Shown here: piece by piece, positions 17,833 through 30,125 of the stretch | How the letters are laid out: each line of letters opens with the position of its first letter | Numbering within the stretch: the first letter of the stretch is position 1 | Origin: Guillardia theta CCMP2712 | Taxonomy: Eukaryota > Protista > Cryptophyta | Reading direction: 5' to 3' | NCBI RefSeq assembly: GCF_000315625.1 | Contig: NW_005434627.1 | Coordinates: forward strand, 410,362-474,361 | Length of the DNA stretch: 64,000 nucleotides | The notes under the pieces: model-generated | The model's input: the letters and a program-made list of their open reading frames with translations, nothing else | Told to the model about the DNA's origin: nothing | Databases searched by the model: none | Position numbers and translations under genes: made by a program

Positions 17833-18458
17833 ATAATTGAGCTCTGGTCCTGGCTTTCTAGCCGTTTCCGAGTAATACTATAATATATCAATATCAGGCG
17901 CATTTTATTACTAAGCTTTTCTCTTAGTAAGATGCGGGGTGGTCTGTGTGTTCTTGTTTTCGTGAGTGAGACGTGTTCAAATTAGCTACTTTCCCAGCTT
18001 CTAGCTCTATAGCGCGTGGGCTGCACGACTTGGCACTAGTTGCAATCGATTTCTTGGGATGGATTTGTATATATTGAGCTAAAATTACACCTATTCTAGA
18101 AAACTCGAAGTTGGTGTGTCCTTAAACGTCTAAGGCGTCTCCTTATTATTAGATTTCTTAAATCTAGGTTGTTCCTAGGCAGCCTTATAAGTAATCTTAT
18201 CTACTTAGAGTCTTATAATTATAATCCCTCCTCCCCCCCCTTCCCCCCCCCTTCCCTCCCTCCCTCCCCCCGATCTTCTCCATCGCTACTCGGCCGCCAT
18301 GCCAGCATACAAGCCTTCATCTTTACTCAAACAAAACTTTGCCGGGAATCCGTCCCTTTGAAATTGAATTAGCTAGAGCTCATAAACTACAAACGGGCCT
18401 GGCCGGGCCCGAGTCGGATCGGACCGTACGGCGGGCCGGGCCCGGCCCCGGCGACTCA

Positions 18459-18870
18459 GGGCCGTTTCACGCCGAGCCCAAAGCTCGAGTTTTTTCAGAA
18501 GTTTTAAATTCATTTGAAATTTACATGTTTTTAAAGCTGAAATTATCATGTGTAGCCCATGCTAAGGGTTCGATATTTCATAACAAACATCCCGGTATTT
18601 AAAGGCTATCATACAACCTAGGCTCCCTTTCAATCTGATTTCAAACGATTAGTTTGACCAACTGTAGCCTCCACCCACCCCTTCTTTTGTTGAATTAAAT
18701 TAAGGGTACTCATTTTGCTGACAAACTCGACCGCAACGGTTCACCATCTCGACCTTTGGAATTAAATTGTACTTTTATGTCATTGGGCCAGATGATTTCA
18801 ATTTGTTTGAGTAAAAATAGTACCACGCTTGCTGACAAACTCGACCATTGGGCTCGGCGTGAAACGGCCC
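18459..18870. mobile_element. MITE, PIF/Harbinger (Tourist)-like, 412 bp
   Basis: Perfect 23-bp terminal inverted repeats (TIRs) GGGCCGTTTCACGCCGAGCCCAA at 18459-18481 and 18848-18870. 3-bp TCA duplication at 18456-18458 and 18871-18873. AT-rich noncoding interior. Confidence 0.88.
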
Positions 18871-20235
18871 TCAGTCGTCACGGACCCCAGCCGGCCCGGG
18901 ACTGCAATGCACTCTCACTCGGATCCAGACTCCAGACAGTTCGTTCGGAAACTTCTTGATTCGGAACCCGGATTGACCGTCACTGAAAGCGTCAAGGACG
19001 GAGTAGCCGAAATTGTAATATTTAGATTTCAAATCTCCAAGAAAAATTTCAAACAATTGGTTGTTCACCCCCTATGAAAATTGAAGTCTCAAAGGCTCAC
19101 TCTATCATCGGCCCCACCGTCAAGAAAGAAGTAAGAAATTAGGAGTGTATATTTGTGTTTTAAAGTAATACCGAGACGATAGAATCCGTACAATTTCCTT
19201 GATACAATTCTGGTATATGTAAGTGAATACTGAGGAAAGGTACCGAGTATATAAAACTTGTAGCCAAAGAATTGGTACAGAATGTAATTATAACAGTACA
19301 AAAATCTCGACCGCGGTAGTGAGCTAAATGTATTGTAGAATTAGTACAGTTTTTGTTGATTTATTATTACTTGTTGAAAGCGTTAGAAACCTGTCAGGAG
19401 GTCCACCCCTGGCTCTCAAGAGCCGTCGTGGGTGGGTTATTGAATGAGTGGGGGTAAGGGTCATCGAAATGAAAACAAGATTTCATTAGTTTCAAATATT
19501 TATCCCAGTACCCGTAAGTAGATGGGTAATTTTAGGGGTACTATTGTGCTATAGAGCTGAACATGGGCATTGAATTGACAGATGAATGTGAAATGTCTTT
19601 CCATGTTTGTTGCAAGGGTGGGTAGGAAGGGGTAGGGTGGAAGGGGTGGGGTTACAAAGAGAGAGGGGCGAAGTAGAGAGGGCAGGCATGCGGCACGCGG
19701 CTGTAGGATGATGATGGTGGAGAGGCGAGGAGGGACGAGGGAAGGAGGGAAGGGACTGCACTTGACAAGGAGGAGAGGATGGGAGTGATCACAGAGAGCT
19801 AGATCAGATCACGTGCGTCTTGAAGATGATCTGTATGTGTTCTTGATTGTTGAGGGATGTCAAGGACCAGGACAAATTCTGTTACGATTCACTCCCCTCG
19901 ACTTCTTGGAACACATCTTTATCGTAGATCATCTCACATGGACCATGGAACGATGTTCTTGGTATGCCAATATTGTGCGCTGGTTGCCTTGGTGCAATGA
20001 TTGAAGAAAGCTCGATAGAAAGAATTTCTGACTCTTACATCAAAAACACACGAGGAACGATATCACAGAATATGGAGGGCCTTCAGATTTTCCTGCTGAT
20101 GTTGTCTCTTCCTGTCTGTCTCCCTGCCTTTTGTTGTTGTTGTTTGAACAATGAGGACCAGAACTTACCTGTACCAAAGACTCCCAGTTCTGTTGTGAGT
20201 GGACGTGGGATCTGAAACGAGTTATTACAGAAGAA

Positions 20236-21225
20236 ATGCTTTCCAAGACTGTTGCTTTCTCGGCTGTGATTGCCTCTGCGGCTGCCTTCTCCCCCGCTTC
20301 CTTGTCCGGGCTTCCCACCTCCCGCACCGGAGCCACCAGGTATAGATGTGTTGTGATGTTGACTGCTTCCCGACATGTTCTTGTACTCCGGTCGTCTCCT
20401 GCTTGTCTTCACTTTCATTGACGCACATTCTTGCAGCACCTGCATGGCCAACCGCTTCCCCCAGGGCGCTCCCTCCGGCGCTCCTCCCGCCGATCTCTTC
20501 AACATCTGGAGGGACGACTATATGCTGACCCCTCAGGAGGCTGCTGCTGAGGTGATTGCCCTTCCCCTTCCCCCCTCCTCCTACTGCTCCTGCTCCTGCT
20601 CCACCTACTGCTCTTCCCACTGTTCTTCCTCATCGTTCCGATCCTGCTGCTGCTGCTCCTTCTTCCTCAGTCTCTTCATCTCCCTTCGACTCCTCCCAGT
20701 ATCAGAACTCACTCGTATCGCAGGCTGCTGAGCGCAAGAGAAACACTCTCTTCGACGGCGTCCTCCCCCCATTCTCCAACATCGGCAACACCGAGCGTGG
20801 AGAAGGTGGAAGGGAGAATGCTTCTTCCACTAGAGGATGACTCTCCTGCAGACCTCGCCTCGCCCACCCTCCAGGGCTTGGGTGTCGCTCGTGACTTCTC
20901 CACCGCCAACCCCACCTCTGCCTACGACACCAGCTCCTTCGGAAAGGTCAGGAGGAGGAGGAGGGGGAAGGAGGAGGAAGTAACGTTGTTGCAGGCCGTC
21001 GTGATCAACCCGGACATCATTGCTAACCCCAAGACCGGAGCTGGTCCTGAGCAGGCTGCCTTTGCGAAGAAGGGAGTCAAGGTATTTGAACCACTGAAAG
21101 CTCCTTCCTCTCTTCTCCTCTCCTCTCCTCTCCTCTTGCTCCCCCCTGATCCTCCTCTTGGCCCGGCCCTCAAGCTTGCATTTCAGGCCCCCAACCCTGT
21201 TAAGAGATTCTTCGGAAGGAAGTAA
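20236..21225 (+). CDS. Plastid-targeted protein of unknown function, 6 exons
   Basis: Signal peptide ending SAAA-F followed by a Ser/Thr-rich transit peptide (MLSKTVAFSAVIASAAAFSPASLSGLPTSRTGATS). The exons join to ...DLFNIWRDDYML...APNPVKRFFGRK*. Confidence 0.8.
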
Positions 21226-21381
21226 ACACTTTCTCTTTTCGTCCTACAGCAACAAGAACATCTCCCGAGATCTGAATAAAGAAGCATTTCTAGAACAAAC
21301 TTCTCCTTCTCCTGATTGTTGTTGTTCTAAGATTGCACCGAGAAGTTGTATTCCCATGAAACGTGTCACGATCTCACTAGT

Positions 21382-21641
21382 CTACTTCTCCTTCTCCGCC
21401 TTGATGGTTGCAACCTGAACAATGTCATAGCAAATATCAAAAGCTTGCTTGACAACCTTCTTCGACAAGGCCACAATCGCCTCCTTAACAGCCTTGCGTT
21501 CGAGGACGGGTTGCTGTGAAGCGAGTGAGCATGGAGTAGATGAGAAGTTCTTGCCAACCTCGAAGGGAATGCGAAGAACACCTGAGTCAGATCCCCTTGC
21601 AACCCTACACATGTAAGTTAGAAGAAGATGACGACGATGGA

Positions 21642-21672
<31 letters not shown>

Positions 21673-23008
21673 AAGATTGAGACACAACACAAATTATTCA
21701 ACTTCATGTCGGTCACCTGACATCAAACCCGAGCTTGTCAAGTCGCTTCATCTCGATCTTGTCGATGGGATCCTGGCAAGGAATCGATAAGGTTTGTAAA
21801 GAGATGGTGAACGGGATCTAGGCGGCGGAGGATGGGAGCAGGGAGCAGGAGGGAGGAGGGAGGAGGGAGGAGGGTAGAACATGATAAGTTGAAGGATCAA
21901 GTTGTTCTAGTTTACCTCCACACCCACGATGTACTGCACGTATTCCTTCAAGGCGTCTACGTGATCCTGAGGAATGTGAGAGAAGGACAGGAGGTATGCG
22001 AAAAGAGGAGGAGGAGGAGGTGGTGGTGGTGGTGGGAGGAGGAGGAGGAGGAGGGAGGAGGANNNNNNNNNNNNNNNNNNNNNNNNNNNNNNNNNNNNNN
22101 NNNNNNNNNNNNNNNNNNNNNNNNNNNNNNNNNNNNNNNNNNNNNNNNNNNNNNNNNNNNNNNNNNNNNNNNNNNNNNNNNNNNNNNNNNTGGGGGAGCA
22201 GGAGCAGGAGAGCACCATCGAACTTCTTGGATTGAGTTGAGAGGACTGCGAATCCTTCCTTCTGCTCAGCAATACATCAGAACGGAAAACGAAGAGTTGA
22301 AGGAGGGGGGTGAGGAGGAGAAGAGAACCAAGGGAAGAAGCAGGAGGAAGAGGATGAGAATGAAGAAATGGGAAAGAATGGGGGAGGGGTTGGAGATGAT
22401 GATGGTGGAGATTATGATAACGAGAAGGAGGAGGAGGAGGAGACGAGGAGGAGACGAGGAGGGGAGGGGAGGAGGAGAAGGAGGAGAAGGAGGAGGAGGA
22501 GGAGGAGGAGGAGGAGGAGAAGGAGAAGGAGAAGGAGGAGGAGGAGGAGGAGGAGGAGACGAGGAGGAGGAGGAGGGGAAGAGGAGGAAGAGATTGCCTG
22601 CTCCATGATCGTTCTGATCTCCTCAGCCCATGTCGGCCTCGGGCAAGATTCCTGGCAAATCACATCGAATCAAACCAAACCAACGGTCCTTGTGGGATGT
22701 GAGATCGAGATAATGGGTAGAAACTAGCTGACTAGCCGACTAGCTGTCCTTCTTTGTTGATTTCTTTGTTGATGATATCTTCCCCCTCAACACATGGCCG
22801 ACGTTGCTGTTTGTTCTGACAGGAATTTGTTCTCGATACTCTCATGCCTCTCTTGTTCCTCCTCTTCATCCTCCACCTCCGTTGTCCTTGACATGTACGA
22901 CCAGCTCTCAGCTCTCAGACCTGATGAGTGCGAATAGCTTCACGCTTCCTTGCTGTTTCCGGATCCACGTTCTCAACCACAGTACCCTGAAAGAAACATC
23001 ATAATTAT

Positions 23009-23065
<57 letters not shown>

Positions 23066-23499
23066 GACCATCATCATCATCATAACAATAACCATAATCA
23101 TCATCATCATCATCGTGATTAACTACATCTACATCGACATCTACATCATCACATTATTCTTATCATTGTCATCGAAAACAAATCATATCATCATATTCGA
23201 ACAACCTTCACTGAGTGTCCTGGACGGCCTTGGGGGTTCTTTTCTTTGTCATTCTCTTCAAACTGTAAATTCGCGGCTCAATCGCTTTCACTCAGAATTT
23301 TCCATCACCAACCTTTGCTCCTGTAACAGAGTCCGAAGCAGACTGAGTTGGCACATTAAGTCAGAGGTGTGCGAGCAGAACCGCAACATGTACATCAATC
23401 AATCAATCAATCAATCATCATCACATCAATCTCCATCATCATCATCTCCATCATCAACAACACGGCATCATCAACAACACGGCATCATCAACAACACGG

Positions 23500-23565
<66 letters not shown>

Positions 23566-24110
23566 AGCAGCAGCAGCATTACTGGCACATCATGCAGCCA
23601 TCAACACGCCAAGGGATTGAGACGCACCTGCTTGCGCAAGATCAAACTCCTGCCATCAACAAACAGACGTCAGGGACCACGACGTTCTCCTCAACTCATC
23701 AACCTGGGAAACGAGCCTCGAAGAACGCTCGCAGACGTCAGAGAAGTCCCTGCTCTCTCTCACAAATCGTTCAAGGCACAACCAGTCCCCACCTCTTGAC
23801 TGTGGCAGAAGGAATCTGTTCACCGCAGCACCTGATACATCAATACCCTGGTCACCACACAAGCTTCGCCTGAGCGCTGAAACAAGTTGATGTCTCACCC
23901 GAGAATGCACGGCTGGTGGGCGTGACGGTAAGGAGGAGGAGGCAAGACAACGCAGGTGCGCGTCCAGGAGAAAACCTGGGATAGAAGAAATACCATTCTC
24001 AGTTTTCTGCAGAGCATACACCACCATGCATGCGCCCTCGCTGTTGGTCTCGCAATCTCAGACACAAGAAGATCAAGGAGGAGAGCAGGAAGTGGCTGGC
24101 TTGAAAGCAT
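21382..24110 (-). CDS. HugZ/HOZ-like heme-binding protein (PNPOx-like split barrel + DUF2470); core missing in a gap, 5' end uncertain
   Basis: Exons AIRTHQ|ESCPRPTWAEEIRTIMEQ|KEGFAVLSTQSKKFDG resemble the plant HOZ N-terminus. After the gap, DHVDALKEYVQYIVGVE|DPIDKIEMKRLDKLGFD|GSDSGVLRIPFE|QPVLERKAVKEAIVAL matches DUF2470. Confidence 0.75.
22063..22190. other. Assembly gap (128 N)
   Basis: N run inside the HugZ/HOZ-like gene. Confidence 1.
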
Positions 24111-24390
24111 GATGAACAAACGAAGCAAATCTCCACTTCTCTCTCAATCCTCCCCCCCTCCATTCTGCTCCACATAATCTTTGCGCTCCTTCTCTCCGCC
24201 AACAATACTAGATCTTGGCGCCCTCGGTTCTGTTCAAGCCCTCGATCCACTTCATCGCTCTCTCTCCTATCTTCCTGCGGGTACTCCTTCTCATTGTTCT
24301 CATCAGCCCCGCTCCTCTTCATTCTCCTCCTCTCCTTCTTACCTAGTCAGCATTTCGCCTTTATATCCTGCTAACAAGAATTTGCTACAA

Positions 24391-24614
24391 GCACCTGAGG
24401 CAGACTTGTTGTTCGTGGCAATTTTTACACCGATCGGACCGGCGCCGCGGGCCGCCGCCGATCGGCCCGGCTGGGCCCGCCTGAGGCAGACTTGTTGTTG
24501 GGCCCGCCTGAGGCAGACTTGTTGCACCTGAGGCAGACTTGTTGTTCGTGGCAATTTTTACACCGATCGGACCCATTGGCGCCGCGGGCCGCCGCCGATC
24601 GGCCCGGCTGGGCC
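24391..24614. repeat. Complex direct repeat (~87-bp unit x2 with shuffled sub-copies)
   Basis: 24391-24477 recurs at 24524-24614. CCTGAGGCAGACTTGTTG occurs four times. Confidence 0.9.
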
Positions 24615-25810
24615 GGATTACTAACTTAGTAAACTCAGGCCAGTGATACCTTCACTCGGCAGCCAGACGGTTACTAATCCTGGACTCAGTCAGCATGTCA
24701 CATGCCGTTTTTGACAATGATGGAATCAGTACCGGCGCTGCGGGGCCGCGCCCGGCGGGCCGTCCCGGCCGCGGGCCGCCTGACAGTGAGCAGCCTACTG
24801 CCAGGCTCAGCCTGTGAGTCACAGTGGCTGCCAGCCTGTCAGTGAGGCCCAACTGGCAATGATTGCCCGGGTTTCAAGTATGAGGCAAGTTTGGTAGTCA
24901 CATGATCGCCGCTTGAAGTTCCCGAGTCTTCCGAGTCACAGCGGCCGCGTCACCATCGGATCGCCCCGCCGCGGGGCCGGGCGCCGCACTCCTGGCGGCA
25001 AGACATCATTGAATGCGGCGGCCGCGGCTGCCCGGGCCTGACCGTGCCGGCCAGCTGAGGCTCAGTGACCCGGTGCCTCAGCTGCCGACCCGGTCACGGG
25101 TACTGCTGAGTGCGACAGTCGGACGCCGGGTCCGATCGGCCCGGCGCGCTCAGGAGCCGGGCGGGCCGCCCGGCCGGCCGCCGCAGTGACTCGCCGGGCC
25201 CGGGGCCAGCGGCTGCCAGGCGGCCCGGAGGAGGCTGAGTCCGACCGTCCGACGAGCTGCAGTCACGGTGCAGCCGCCGCGGCCGCCGCGCCGGGACCCG
25301 GGAGTCGGCGGAGCCTGCGGCGGGTCACCGGGTGCCGACTCGGCGGCTGGCCCGGCACGCTCTCCGAGGCCGCCTGACCGTACTAGCCCGGCCTCTCAGA
25401 GTCAGTCGGATTGGCCTACCGGGTACTCGGCGGATCACATCTGGCAACTTGCCAGCAAGTTCACTGACTCGTGAGGCTTTAAGACGGTTAACTTCGCCGC
25501 CAACCCGGGCAATTTTCGGAGTTTCAACGGTTCGGAGTAACTGAGCCTTCACCGTGACAATGATGCGCCGCGGAAAGATTCAACCGTGGTGCACTGTGGC
25601 TCGTTCTGATTCATGTTCAACTCATTACTGTGCCAGTGCCACTGCCGGGTGTCGGACACGGCCCGGCCGGCCGCGCTGGGCCGCGGCACGGTCGCTTTAA
25701 CTCAGGCCCCCGCCGGCCCCGGGCCCGGCCCGCGGGCCGGGGCCCCAAAGCACGCGGCGCGCCGCCGCGCGGCCGGGCGCCGGGCCTGCCGGGGAGCCCT
25801 CTGGGGCGGG
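24615..25810. repeat. GC-rich mosaic island
   Basis: Same CCGG/GGCC/TCAG/CAGT vocabulary as 4266-5200; its ORFs are Gly/Pro/Arg/Ala low-complexity. Confidence 0.7.
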
Positions 25811-25819
25811 CTGTTGTAA

Positions 25820-26400
25820 AAGTACCCTACCCATGTGGGAGAAGTTTTGAAGATCCTCCTACCCCACCCCATCGCACCCTCGAACTTCCGAATTGATTTT
25901 ACTTTTGGCGACCCTTTTCATGTATCATAGACCCCCCTACCCCATGAATTATCTACCCCTACCCACCTATCGACATACAAACACCCCTCCCTTTACTCAT
26001 CAAAGTACCCCCCCACCAAGTTTCATTTATAATAGACTTTGATTACCCTGCCTCAAATCTCCTCATCCCTACCCTACCCCCTCGTCCTCCTACCCCTACC
26101 CCTACTCTTTTGATGGCTCCAACTCTTTATGAAACAGACGACACTGACCCCACCCCTGGGTTGGCTGTATATAAATAGTACCGGTGGTATCGCAGTACCC
26201 CCCAATTTGATGAAAAAGTTGGGGTACTCATGGACATTCACAAATCCCATCAACCATCAGCTGCGGAGGACCCCTGTCTCCCATATTTAACCCCTACCCC
26301 ACCTTAACCCATGACTTCTTCTTTACAGTACCCCCTATTTAACCACAACCCCCATCACCCCCTACCCCTAGACTTACCTATCGCTCTACCACCCTACCCA
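25820..26400. repeat. TACCC-rich mosaic island
   Basis: Many CCCTACCC/GTACCCC words separated by short unique spacers. Confidence 0.65.
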
Positions 26401-27428
26401 CCTTCGTGCAGGCACACGGCCGCTCCTTCCCCGACGCCATGGAGGATGACATGGAGGGGGAGGAGGGAGTAGAGAGGAGGGGGGGGAGGCAAGCATGGCA
26501 GAGCTGAGAGGTCGATGATGCAGGAAAGCAAGAGGGTTGAAGAGCTGACGAGAAGGGTGGACAGCTGATGCTAGGGATGGCGATCAAGGTCTTGTCGTGG
26601 GTTGTGACGAATTTGCGAGAGCTACACGTGAGAAATGGGGATGGGAGAAGCAGAGAGCATACCGATGCAGAGTGAGGTGGAGTTGGGAAATACTGAACGT
26701 TAGAATGCTCCGAGACCATTGTTTCTTGCTTATCAATGTCCGATGGAGCTGCCGAAGCATGTGACTGCACCTTGGTACTTCCATGGCGCGTTTATGAGCG
26801 TTGTGGTAGATGTGAGTAGGAGATTGTAGGGTGGAGGCAGGGATGGAAGTCAGAGATGTACAGGACATTGAAACGTATCATGTAGAACATAACCTTGATG
26901 CGATTGTAATGAGGATGATCAAACGTAGCGCTATCGAGCTCCGATAACACGTCAGACTAAGGGGCAGACACTTGTAATGGCGTTTTGTTGGTGTCGGATT
27001 GCTCGAAGGTAGCAAGCAGTATGTTGCAGCAGCAGAATACAGCAGTCAAATACATCGTGATCGCGCACCACCACCTCTTCCTCTTCTTCATGCTTCTTGT
27101 TCGACCGCGTTTGATTTCTTTTGTTTCAGTGCTTGACCTCCGTCGACAACGCCGTTCTCCTCCTCCTCCTCCTCCTCCTCCTGACCTTCCTCTAGAGCCG
27201 TACCACTTCAGCTGCTGTGATATCATTCACCTGTGCTGAGAGGAGAAAGGAATACCGTCGCACTGCTGGGCTCGGTCACACCTGTGCTGCGGAGGAGCGT
27301 AAGGAGGTAGGATGGGAACTACCAGGACAGAGCTGAGGGACAGGACGGTCAAGCCAACGAAGGAGCACGCGAAACAGCAGGAGCAGCCGCGCCTGAGGAT
27401 CCACGGCTCCAAGTTGTCCGCTATCAGT

Positions 27429-29338
27429 ATGAGCACGGCGTCGGTGATGCTGGTGTTCGTGGTTGGGCTGATCGCAGTTGTCGTCTCCTCCAACGCTGCA
27501 GTGCCGCTGGAGATGAAGAAGGATGTGCAGGACAGCGAGCCTGACCTGAAGATGAACGAGATCCAGCACAAGATCATCGAGGCGGCAAAGGCTCGCAACT
27601 TTGACGACGTGCTTGTTCTGGCGGCCAAGGCCAAGAGGAACAAGGAGTTTGAGCAGGTGTACGACGAAATGAGGGCGTTCCATGGCTACTCCACCCTCCA
27701 GGTCGACGCCTTCTTCTCCTCCCTCATGATGATCATCGTCTCCGAGCTCGGAGACAAGACGTTCTTCATCGCTGCCGTGCTCGCGATGAAGAACCCCCGT
27801 AGCACGGTCCTTGCCGGAGCCCTTGGAGGTTCGATGCGTCCCCCGCCTCACTCCTTCCCCTCCCATCTCTCCGTCACTCCTTTCCTTCCCCTCCCTCTTC
27901 ATCTCTTCCTCACTCCTTTCCCTCCCTTCTCATCTCTCCCTCCCCTCACTTGTATCACCCTGCTCTGTCCTTCCATGATTGCCGTTGCCCGCAGCTCTCT
28001 GGGTCATGACGGTGCTTTCTGCTGCTGCTGGCTTCGCTCTCCCCAACCTTATCCCGAGGATGTACACCCACTACGCCTCCGTCTGCCTCTTCATCTTCTT
28101 CGGGGCGAAGCTGCTCAAAGGTGAAGGGAGGAGGAGGGACGGGGGCCTCTGACAGTCTGCCAGACGCCAAAGACATGCAGACGTCTGGGCCCAGCGAAGA
28201 GCTCGAGGAGGTAAAGATAAAGCCCGTGCCTACTCCTCCTGCTCCTTGTCCTGGTCCTGGTCCTGGTCCTGGTCCTGGTCCTGGTCCTGGTCCTGGTGCA
28301 TGTCCTGGTCCTGGTCCTGGTCCTGGTGTCCTCAACTCCCTTCTGCTCCTCCCCTGCTTCCAGGAGCATCCTGCTGTCCGCTTGCTGTTCTTCTGCCCTC
28401 CTCTTCTCATCTCCATCCCCAGGTCGAGGCGGAGCTGAACAAGACGGATAAGAAGAAGAACACAGATCTTGAATCAGGTGCCTCACCCTCTCTGATGTAA
28501 ACCCGGGAACTAACCGATGACTCTCCCCTTTCTCCTTCCTATTTCCCTCCTGCTCCTCCTGCTCCTGCTCCTCCTGCTCCTGCTCCTCCTGCTCCTCCTG
28601 CTCCTCCTCCTCGTCGTCGTCGTCTCCCCGTCTTTGTCTCTTGCTCCTCCAGAGAATGGGTTGGTAGCGGGGACGCTCAGCAACGGCGTCCTCTGGCAAG
28701 GTAGCATATTGCTGGATCGTTCCTTCCCTCCTGATCAGCTCTCCCTGCAGCGTTCACCTTGACGTTCCTTGCCGAGTGGGGAGATCGATCGCAGATCGCG
28801 ACCATAGCGTTGGTAAGCCTGCTGCTGCTGCTGCTGCTGCTCCTCCTCCTCCTCCTCCTCTTCCTCGTTCTCGTGCTCTGCTTGACTTCGCTTTCTCAGG
28901 CCGCGCAGAAGGATCCGATCGGAGTGACAGTCGGAGGTGAAGAGAGTTTTGACTCCTCCGCTCCTTCCCTTGTTGCCCCTCTTTTCCTTGCCATCCCTCT
29001 TCCTGTCTCCCTCCCCTGTCTCCCTCCCCTCTCTCGTTCCTGCACTCTCCTCCTTTCTTCTCTATCCGCCTCCCCACTCTCTCTTTCCCCTTCCCCTCTC
29101 CCCTTCCTCAAACTCTTGTCAGGCATCGTGGGGCATGCCGCGTGCACGGCGCTAGCAGTGATGGGAGGCAGGATGCTTGCAGCAAGGTTAGCGGCCCGGC
29201 TCTCTCAGCAGGGCAGCAGCATCCTAACGCCCTTGTAGGATCTCAGAGAGGACAGTAGCGATATCAGGAGGCCTGCTCTTCCTCGTCTTCGCCATCCACG
29301 GCCTCTGGCAAGGAGGCTCGTCGCTCAACAACGCGTGA
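27429..29338 (+). CDS. GDT1: GDT1/TMEM165 (UPF0016) Ca2+/Mn2+ transporter
   Basis: Two family motifs, SELGDKTFFIAAVLAM and FLAEWGDRSQIATIAL, plus a signal-like N-terminus and C-terminal ISERTVAISGGLLFLVFAI. TGA 29336-29338. Confidence 0.93.
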
Positions 29339-30125
29339 AGGAGGAGCGACAGGACGGGCAGCGGCGGCTGCCTTGCAGTTTTCTTTGCGTCCCCCTTCAA
29401 ATTTTGTAAAACATTCCGGATTCTTCAATGGACCGCACAAGCTTCAGCCTCTTCCCCTCTTAATCCTTGAAGTTTCTTTAGCTGCTCCTCCTCCTGCTCC
29501 TCCTCCTGCTTCCTGCTTCCTGCTTCCTGCTTCCTGCTTCCTGCTTCCTGCTTCCTGCTCCTTCTCCTTCTCCTTCTCCTTCTCTTGCTCCTTCTCTTGC
29601 TCCTTCTCCTCCTCCTGCTCCTGCTTCCTTCTCCTTCTCCTTCTCCTTCTCCTGCTCCTGCTCCCCTCTGCTTCTGCCCTTGAATTCGTCCCTGCTGCCC
29701 TTGACTCTTCCACTGCTTTTTCTCCTGTCCTTAGTTCTGCTCCTTCTCCTGCTCCTGAATCTCTTCTGCCCTTGCCCCCAACCTCCCATTCGGGTGTTCT
29801 AGCGTTTCAGCTGCAGAGGCTTCTTCTCTGTCGACCTCTCCTCCTATCCCCTGGTCTCCCTACTTTCGTTTTCCTCCGCTCGCTCTAGCCCTCCTATTTT
29901 CTCCCAATGTCTGATCTCCCTCCCCCTTTCCCTCTTTCCAACCTTGCAAGCGTCTCAAGCATGTAACGGCATGTTCACGTACGCGATGTTTATTATCACA
30001 ATCACAAGGTCGAGAGCTCAACTAGGTCAGCGATCCCACTACAAGATACCACAAAACTTCCAACGATGGGCTGACTTGTCAGCACGAGCCCAGCTGGAAG
30101 TTGGCTACTGTTATCCCCATGTCTA

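Noticed and set aside
24391-24546. Four copies of an 18-bp repeat resembling a CRISPR array
   Set aside because: The spacers are irregular and are themselves copies of adjacent sequence; eukaryotic context and no cas genes.
26400-27230. Possible minus-strand gene with a hydrophobic segment (WWCAITMYLTAVFCCCNILLA)
   Set aside because: No consistent exon chain or recognisable domain could be built.
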